From positions 1 through 64,000 of IMG/VR virus record IMGVR_UViG_3300028833_000124: a stretch of 64,000 nt of DNA. The stretch is one strand, 5' to 3'. The stretch is from a virus. Its lineage: Duplodnaviria > Caudoviricetes. Position numbers and translations under genes: made by a program. Every line of letters begins with the position of its first letter. Positions within the stretch are counted from its first letter, which is position 1. This document shows, piece by piece, positions 58,034-64,000 of this stretch. The notes under the pieces are model-generated. The model was not told the origin of the DNA, searched no databases, and saw only the letters and a program-made list of their open reading frames with translations.

Positions 58034-58313
58034 GATAAACTGGGAAATCAGTTAATTTCCGGAAACCATGTTTTTTGATTAAAACATTAAGTAAATCTTC
58101 TAACATGTCCTCATCTATGGCATATTCCCAGATACTTTTAACACCCTCTTTTGTGTCCATGATTTCATGGTTTTTACTGGTGTTCTCAATTAATTCCTCA
58201 CGTATACTGTCACATAATGTTGTAAATTCTTCATCTGTGCATAATGTTTGATGAGCCAATAAGATTCTCTTGTTTTCGTATCTATCACCAGACCACAAAC
58301 AATAAACAAACAT
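57999..58313 (-). CDS. Hypothetical protein
   Basis: ORF. Confidence 0.5.
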   Translation of the reverse strand: MFVYCLWSGDRYENKRILLAHQTLCTDEEFTTLCDSIREELIENTSKNHEIMDTKEGVKSIWEYAIDEDMLEDLLNVLIKKHGFRKLTDFPVYHVKGVDPYDYD

Positions 58314-60059
58314 TTAAACCACTCCATTTGCTAATCCATAATCCACACCTTCCAAGAAGTATTCTTCAAATAAATGCAAATTATATTTTAAAAGATTCTC
58401 AAAAGCTTCATCAACAACATAAGTAACACAAACATCAGAACTACTTCTAATACCACGACCATAACTCTGCATTAATGGGATGGTGGTGTGGAAAGTATAC
58501 CAATCTTTATCCAAATCACATCTGGTCTTAACCTCATTTTTATAAACCGGACGAGGAACTTTAAAAATAATCTGAGCAGTACATAAAGGACCTTTAAAAT
58601 CAACACCCTCTTTAATGGATGGACTAATCAGAATATTATAGACATCAGAAGATTTAAACAATGAAATATACTCATCCCTTTCATCTCCATAAGCAGATAA
58701 CACATCATAACCCTTATGTTCTAATTCTTCATATAACCAATTGGTTTGATCTATAGAACTAGTATGAATCAAAATATTTTCACCTTTATGATAATTCAAA
58801 AGTCCATAAATACCAGTTAAAACTGTTTCATTTTTCCACGCAGGAACAACTTTCCCATTGATATAAGAATTATATTTTGCATTGAAATTACCAAGATAAT
58901 TTTTAATTACCGGTCGATTCTCAACAGGAAACGGAGATTTCTCATAAATAAAACAAGTATCATTACTATTAATCCCAATCCAATTACAATATGTTTCAGG
59001 ATTTGGTAAAGTTCCTGTGAAGAATAATCTAACTTCACCTAAACCCAATAATCTTTGAGTATACTCTTTACCAAACAATGGTTTAAATAAGATATTATTC
59101 CTTTTATTATCAAACCAATCTTCATGCTTTGGTATTTTCACAAACCATTCACCAGAACTTAAATTATTAATCTTGTGTTGGATTTGCAATATTTTCTGGT
59201 CATACTCCAATTCAATGGCCTTGATAATGTTATCATCTGCACGTCCTTGCAAATCACCAACCTCTATGGATTTCTTTTCCTCAAGCTTAGCAATTATATC
59301 CTCATGAATTTTAATCCAATACTTATTAGATTGTAATTCTTCACTTTCAGCATCAAAAACATAGATATTATACTGTTCATAAATCTTATCAGGATTAACA
59401 GAAAATCCTATAATATCCATCATAATATTTTCAAAGTTATGGCATTCATCAAATATGATTAAATCTCTTTTTTCAAAACGTTTGATAACATGACTATTGA
59501 AATAAATACTATGATAATTTGCATTAACATAATTGTTTTTTTGCGCTGCCAATATAGCTAAACGATAAGGACAGTCTGTGCATTTCCAAATCATCATGTT
59601 ATTAATGATTTCATCATATTCTTCTTCAGAGATATAATCATGAAATGTGAATGATCTTCCATGTTCACCATTGAGTAATTCTTTTTTATCTGCAATGCTC
59701 CCATTTTCATTAACTTGTTCAACATAACAATTATCACAGGAAGAGTTGAAGAAACATGGGTAATGTTTTTTTCCTTTTAATTCCACGAGCATTTCTTCAA
59801 AATCTTGCATGTATTGTTTTTGAAGATTAATTGTTTTAGTGCAAATATATGCTGAACTGAAACAATTTGCTAATGTTGTTGCTATTGCAGATTTCCCAAT
59901 TCCAGTACCGGCATTAACAATTATATTCCTGTAACCATTTTTTAATGCAGCATCTATTTTTCGGAAGATTCGTATTTGTGCTCCAGATGGAGTATGCTTT
60001 GGTAATGTCCAATATTGTTGATATTCAGAATTTTGAAACCATAATTCTAAATCATCCAT
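58314..60059 (-). CDS. DinG/Rad3(XPD)-family SF2 helicase with Fe-S cysteines
   Basis: Q motif, AGTGIGKS, C-x5-C-x2-C...CTDCPY, DECH, QSYGRGIRS. Confidence 0.9.
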   Translation of the reverse strand: MDDLELWFQNSEYQQYWTLPKHTPSGAQIRIFRKIDAALKNGYRNIIVNAGTGIGKSAIATTLANCFSSAYICTKTINLQKQYMQDFEEMLVELKGKKHYPCFFNSSCDNCYVEQVNENGSIADKKELLNGEHGRSFTFHDYISEEEYDEIINNMMIWKCTDCPYRLAILAAQKNNYVNANYHSIYFNSHVIKRFEKRDLIIFDECHNFENIMMDIIGFSVNPDKIYEQYNIYVFDAESEELQSNKYWIKIHEDIIAKLEEKKSIEVGDLQGRADDNIIKAIELEYDQKILQIQHKINNLSSGEWFVKIPKHEDWFDNKRNNILFKPLFGKEYTQRLLGLGEVRLFFTGTLPNPETYCNWIGINSNDTCFIYEKSPFPVENRPVIKNYLGNFNAKYNSYINGKVVPAWKNETVLTGIYGLLNYHKGENILIHTSSIDQTNWLYEELEHKGYDVLSAYGDERDEYISLFKSSDVYNILISPSIKEGVDFKGPLCTAQIIFKVPRPVYKNEVKTRCDLDKDWYTFHTTIPLMQSYGRGIRSSSDVCVTYVVDEAFENLLKYNLHLFEEYFLEGVDYGLANGVV

Positions 60060-60062
60060 TAT

Positions 60063-60464
60063 TTATAACCCTCCTCTTTTTGTTTGTAACTCCCGTAACT
60101 CATTATAACAATCACGGATACATCTTTTTAAAACTCTTCTACGAATACGATTCTGTTTCGGATTAAAACCCACAAAAAAACTTTCATAATCCTTTTCAGG
60201 AAACTCTCTTTTCAAATTCAAAGCTTCTTCATAAATCTCTTCCAAAACTTTTAACTCATTTTTATAATCAGATAACTTCGCATGTATCTGAATAAACTCA
60301 TTACTGAGTATGCAATGATTCTGATGAGAACATAAACTATGATGATTATATGGATCATACTTACAGGAGAATTCATTAACACGTTTATTGTGAATCCTAT
60401 CCCATTTCTGTTGGGAAATTTCCTGGTTAATTTTCTTATAATCAATCATGTTTTTTGACCTCAA
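60063..60464 (-). CDS. Hypothetical protein
   Basis: ORF; start likely MIDYKK. Confidence 0.5.
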   Translation of the reverse strand: MRSKNMIDYKKINQEISQQKWDRIHNKRVNEFSCKYDPYNHHSLCSHQNHCILSNEFIQIHAKLSDYKNELKVLEEIYEEALNLKREFPEKDYESFFVGFNPKQNRIRRRVLKRCIRDCYNELRELQTKRGGL

Positions 60465-60472
60465 TATTTTTT

Positions 60473-60880
60473 AGCGACAAGTTAGCGACAAAAAAATATT
60501 GTCGCTTTAATTCTTTCTTAAAATTGTTAATTTAACAAAATAAAGCAGTACAAGTCTTATTAACAGATAGTCAAATTATAGCGACAAAACAAAAGTTTTA
60601 GCGACAACTATCTAAACAAGACCATATAACACTTTACAAGTCCATCCAACAATTTTAAACCAATATCCAAAATTTGAGCGACAAAAAATTATAACCATAT
60701 GCGAGACATAAACAACAATGTAAAATTTTGTCGTTGCCAAAATTTTTGTCGCTATAAAAAAATTCAAAAATTGAATATTCCTTTAAACTTCTTCTTTTAC
60801 CAAACAAAGCAATAATATTCATTTTTCACATGATGATTTTAGCGACAAACCCATTTGTCGCTTTATGTCGCTTTGTCGCT
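60473..60880. repeat. Iteron cluster (AGCGACAA), putative replication origin
   Basis: Direct copies at 60473, 60484, 60580, 60600, 60677, 60841; inverted at 60499, 60746, 60855, 60865 (7/8), 60873; AT-rich spacers; just downstream of the helicase gene. Confidence 0.75.
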
Positions 60881-60949
60881 AAACATAAACTACAGCAAAA
60901 TACTGCTTTAATTTAACAACAAAAACATCTAATCTGCGAAAAACTATAT

Positions 60950-62692
60950 TTAACTATCAAAATCAACCCAAAATGGTTTAATAATATCATCACTTTGATT
61001 TAAAATACTAACCTCCTCATTTTCTAAACTATCAATAGAAATAATGCTCTCTGCAACTTCTTCAGGATATTCATAACGTAAATGTTTAATAGCAAAATCA
61101 GATAAAGAAAATAAGTTACTCCAATCAGCATTAGTATCAGAATTACTCATCAAAGCATACATATTACTACGGGAAGATTTTCCAACAACTTTAAGATAAC
61201 CCTCACTATTCAACTCACTGAAATATCTTTGTAATGATCTCTTATTCAAATGAACATTACCATTCTCATAATAATCATTCACAGTAAAACCAAAATCAAG
61301 AGCCTCTTCAAATCGAGTATCTGGTTGATAATCCCACTCCCCATCATGTTCAACAATATCTTTATAAATTTCAGTAGCTTTTTTAGATAAATTATGAGTA
61401 ATACTTGCTTTATAAGTATTAAATAATGTAACAAAATACATTAAATCAACCGGTGTAGTGAAAATAACCTTTTGATTATTTATTTCAAATATTGGTCGAT
61501 TAATACTATTGAATGCAGTAATCACTTTCAAAATACCATTGTATTTATCATAATCTCTTTTATAAAATTCTGATTCTCCAATAAACTTAAGAATAGATTC
61601 ACTATAAGGATTTACAATAGTAATATCCGCAAATTTATATCGTAAACCTAAAACCATTTTCTGAACATTACTTTTTAAATCACACATAGACTGATAAATC
61701 TGCTCTGTTTTACTCCCTTTCAATTCCAAACAAGATTTTTGAGCATTAAAAATTTTCCTATTATCTGTTCTAGGAGTGAAAATAAAACTACGAGATAACT
61801 CCTGACTATCAAAATCATAATTAGGAACAGTAGTGTAAGTTAAGCACGGAAACCCTTTTAAAATAAGGTCAACAACTTCAAATTCCCCATCAACTTTAAT
61901 AGTAATAGGTCTAACAAGATGACCATCGGTCTGCAACTCTTTTAGTAAATTTTTAGTTTCTTCAACCTCATCTTGGTCACTACTTCCACCTAAATCCCCA
62001 TAAACTACAATTTTACCATCATAATAATAAGGATTTGTTTCAGCACGACGAAACATAGCAGGAAGCGTAGGTTTCTTCTCATATATAACAAATTCTTCCG
62101 GAATCATAGATAATGCAGTATTTTCTACAAATGTTTTCCCAGATGATCCTTCTCCTAAACCAATAACTGATATAGGATTTTTAAGAATCACTTGACTACA
62201 ATAACACAAGAATGTAATCATAGTGTTAATCCTTTCACCAGCAGTATACCAATCAGTTAATGAAGCAATATATAATAAAGGGTCCATTTGTTCTTCAAAA
62301 ATGTTTAATCCATCTTCATAAGATTGTTTATTCTGAGCTAACTCATCTTCTTCATTTTGTTTTTGAACTGCAGTTTCTACTTCCACATATTCATCAACAA
62401 AACTTTCTAATGCAATTTTTAAATTACTGAAAATTTCAGTAATTTTAGATTTGTTATATGCATTTGTTGGATCAATGTGTTTTTTGATTTCTTTACCTAT
62501 GGCTGAATTTTCGGTAAGTTCTAATGGAGTTTTCCCTTCTAATTTACTGACTAATTTCTTTGTGTCATCATAAAAGAAATATTTACAGCCTTTTTTATAT
62601 GGAATTGCTTTAATAGTATAGTTATCTTCTAATTTGATTCCATAATCAAGGTTCCATAATTCTTCTTGTTCAGGTGCTGCTTCTAATCCCAT
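60950..62692 (-). CDS. Replicative AAA+/MCM-like helicase (initiator) with C-terminal winged helix
   Basis: GEGSSGKT Walker A, IVVYGD Walker B, ELSRSF arginine-finger-like, SLQRYFSELNSEGYL wHTH. Confidence 0.7.
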   Translation of the reverse strand: MGLEAAPEQEELWNLDYGIKLEDNYTIKAIPYKKGCKYFFYDDTKKLVSKLEGKTPLELTENSAIGKEIKKHIDPTNAYNKSKITEIFSNLKIALESFVDEYVEVETAVQKQNEEDELAQNKQSYEDGLNIFEEQMDPLLYIASLTDWYTAGERINTMITFLCYCSQVILKNPISVIGLGEGSSGKTFVENTALSMIPEEFVIYEKKPTLPAMFRRAETNPYYYDGKIVVYGDLGGSSDQDEVEETKNLLKELQTDGHLVRPITIKVDGEFEVVDLILKGFPCLTYTTVPNYDFDSQELSRSFIFTPRTDNRKIFNAQKSCLELKGSKTEQIYQSMCDLKSNVQKMVLGLRYKFADITIVNPYSESILKFIGESEFYKRDYDKYNGILKVITAFNSINRPIFEINNQKVIFTTPVDLMYFVTLFNTYKASITHNLSKKATEIYKDIVEHDGEWDYQPDTRFEEALDFGFTVNDYYENGNVHLNKRSLQRYFSELNSEGYLKVVGKSSRSNMYALMSNSDTNADWSNLFSLSDFAIKHLRYEYPEEVAESIISIDSLENEEVSILNQSDDIIKPFWVDFDS

Positions 62693-62750
62693 AGTACTTT
62701 TTCACCTCCCGGTCCAGTTGATTTAAAAAAAATTTTAACCACCAGCCCAT

Positions 62751-63296
62751 TTATTGGATGCTGGTGATTTTGAAAGTTGGATAATTACTGTCAGGAACTT
62801 CAACCTGTTCGACAGTAACTCTTTTACCTTCAACAAATTTTGCAACATTTTTCAAATTAATTTTTTTGAAAATGTTAATCTCATCTCCAGTTTTAGGGTC
62901 TATGAGACTTTTTGGGTCAACAATACTCATAATTCCAGTTAAGAAGTTCCAAAGGTTACGATGGAAATCAAATCTTTCTGTTGGTTTTTGAATACGTGTT
63001 GCAATACCATTGTCCTTAAATTTAGGACAGTTAAGGTAGATGTCTAAGTATTCACCAACTTCAACGTCATCATCAACCATTTTAGGTTCTGGGTGTTCAT
63101 CAACTAATCTGACTCTCATTTGACTGTATTTTTTAATTTCATCATCTCTTTCAACAATTGGGAACAATTCAATAACAGCTTCACCGCTGAATGATTGACC
63201 TTTAACCATATCTGAGAGGTAGTATCTTGCGTAGTCTTCTAAATCGTTTTCTTCAGTTCCGGTTTCCATTCCAAATAATTTATTTAAATCGGCCAT
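62751..63296 (-). CDS. Putative single-stranded DNA-binding protein
   Basis: Beta-rich, acidic N-terminus, between SSAP and helicase; synteny-based. Confidence 0.4.
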   Translation of the reverse strand: MADLNKLFGMETGTEENDLEDYARYYLSDMVKGQSFSGEAVIELFPIVERDDEIKKYSQMRVRLVDEHPEPKMVDDDVEVGEYLDIYLNCPKFKDNGIATRIQKPTERFDFHRNLWNFLTGIMSIVDPKSLIDPKTGDEINIFKKINLKNVAKFVEGKRVTVEQVEVPDSNYPTFKITSIQ

Positions 63297-63329
63297 AATA
63301 AATCACCATTAAATTCATATTTCATTTTT

Positions 63330-63995
63330 TTAGTTTGTCATTGATTCAGGCATTTCTTCATAAGGTGTTGAAGAATACCCTGCTAATTCCATAATCCATG
63401 CAAGAGACAATCTGAAAGCTTTTCCGGTAGCTCTGGTAATTGCCATACTGTATACTGCATGTTCCTCTTTTTGTCTGCCTGATGAAGTTGCAATAGCATC
63501 TCCTTCACCAACTTTAACTCCACGTCCATCAATCAAATTGACTTTTGCCCTATAACCAAAACGAGCTTTGGTTGGGAAAGGTTCCACAGATTCAATTTCA
63601 ACACGTATACCAATCATTGTACCAAGAGTACTCCAACCGGATACAGTTACATAATTGTTTCCACTTATGGTTTGAATCAAATTCTGTGATTCAAGAACAC
63701 TTTTCAATGCATCTGCTACACGAGTAGCAATTACTACACGATTAGCAACACTAATCATAGGATTTAATACATCTGCATCAATCAATTGACGATTATCCGG
63801 ATTAACAGAAATTAATTCACCATCATCATTGACAGAATCTTTAATATGTGATTCAATGCTCTCATCGAGAACTGCATCAAAGATTTCCTCATCAGATGGA
63901 TCATGTTCAGTGATGACTTCAACTTTTGCACCACCAGTTTTCTCAAAGTCAATTGTGTCTTTGTATTTTTTATTTTCTTTTTTGATTTCACCCAT
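63330..63995 (-). CDS. Rad52/ERF-like single-strand annealing protein
   Basis: YVTVSGW...SMAITRATGKAFR...AG...TPYEEMP family motif. Confidence 0.6.
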   Translation of the reverse strand: MGEIKKENKKYKDTIDFEKTGGAKVEVITEHDPSDEEIFDAVLDESIESHIKDSVNDDGELISVNPDNRQLIDADVLNPMISVANRVVIATRVADALKSVLESQNLIQTISGNNYVTVSGWSTLGTMIGIRVEIESVEPFPTKARFGYRAKVNLIDGRGVKVGEGDAIATSSGRQKEEHAVYSMAITRATGKAFRLSLAWIMELAGYSSTPYEEMPESMTN

Positions 63996-64000
63996 TTCTT

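Noticed and set aside
209-63727. The many plus-strand ORFs of 60-155 aa in the track (e.g. 209-592, 15984-16448, 30751-31218)
   Set aside because: They are antisense shadows of well-supported minus-strand genes, with no RBS or recognisable motifs.
1-64000. CRISPR array, DGR/retron, IS element, intein or group I/II intron
   Set aside because: No regularly spaced repeat-spacer units, no reverse-transcriptase or transposase motifs, and no obvious insertions in terL, helicases, portal or capsid genes.
1-64000. Apparent abundance of CCGG as the methyltransferase target
   Set aside because: A rough count in the first 10 kb (about 7) is near chance for this base composition; needs a computed Markov-model test.

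Overview
The window is a 64-kb stretch of a tailed archaeal virus (Caudoviricetes, contractile-tail/myovirus layout), very probably infecting a Methanobacteriales host such as Methanobrevibacter. The host inference rests on the AT-rich DNA, an archaeal PCNA, an archaeal-type thymidylate synthase, TFB-like domains and a PeiW/PeiP-like pseudomurein peptidase domain. Almost every gene is on the minus strand, so transcription runs right to left. In that order come: replication/recombination genes (SSAP, SSB, MCM-like helicase, an iteron origin at 60.5-60.9 kb, DinG helicase); about 17 kb of small accessory genes; the only clear plus-strand gene (a tyrosine recombinase); PCNA, ERCC4, ASCH and TFB-like genes; holin, ParB and C5-methyltransferase genes; then packaging, head, neck, sheath/tube, tape measure, baseplate and fibre genes. 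The most unusual signals are non-coding. Two sequence-unrelated RNAs (35316-35444 and 42109-42270) share a tRNA-type acceptor stem plus T-arm with a non-canonical UGCAAWU T-loop and a greatly enlarged anticodon-arm region. A hairpin-dense tract of about 1.1 kb with no long ORF lies in the head module. A recurrent TGTTACAATA upstream motif may be a viral promoter read with a split viral TFB. Also notable are a MuF toxin/immunity-like pair and a baseplate hub split around two putative wall-lytic domains. All functional calls come from motif recognition by eye; no database search or folding program was run.
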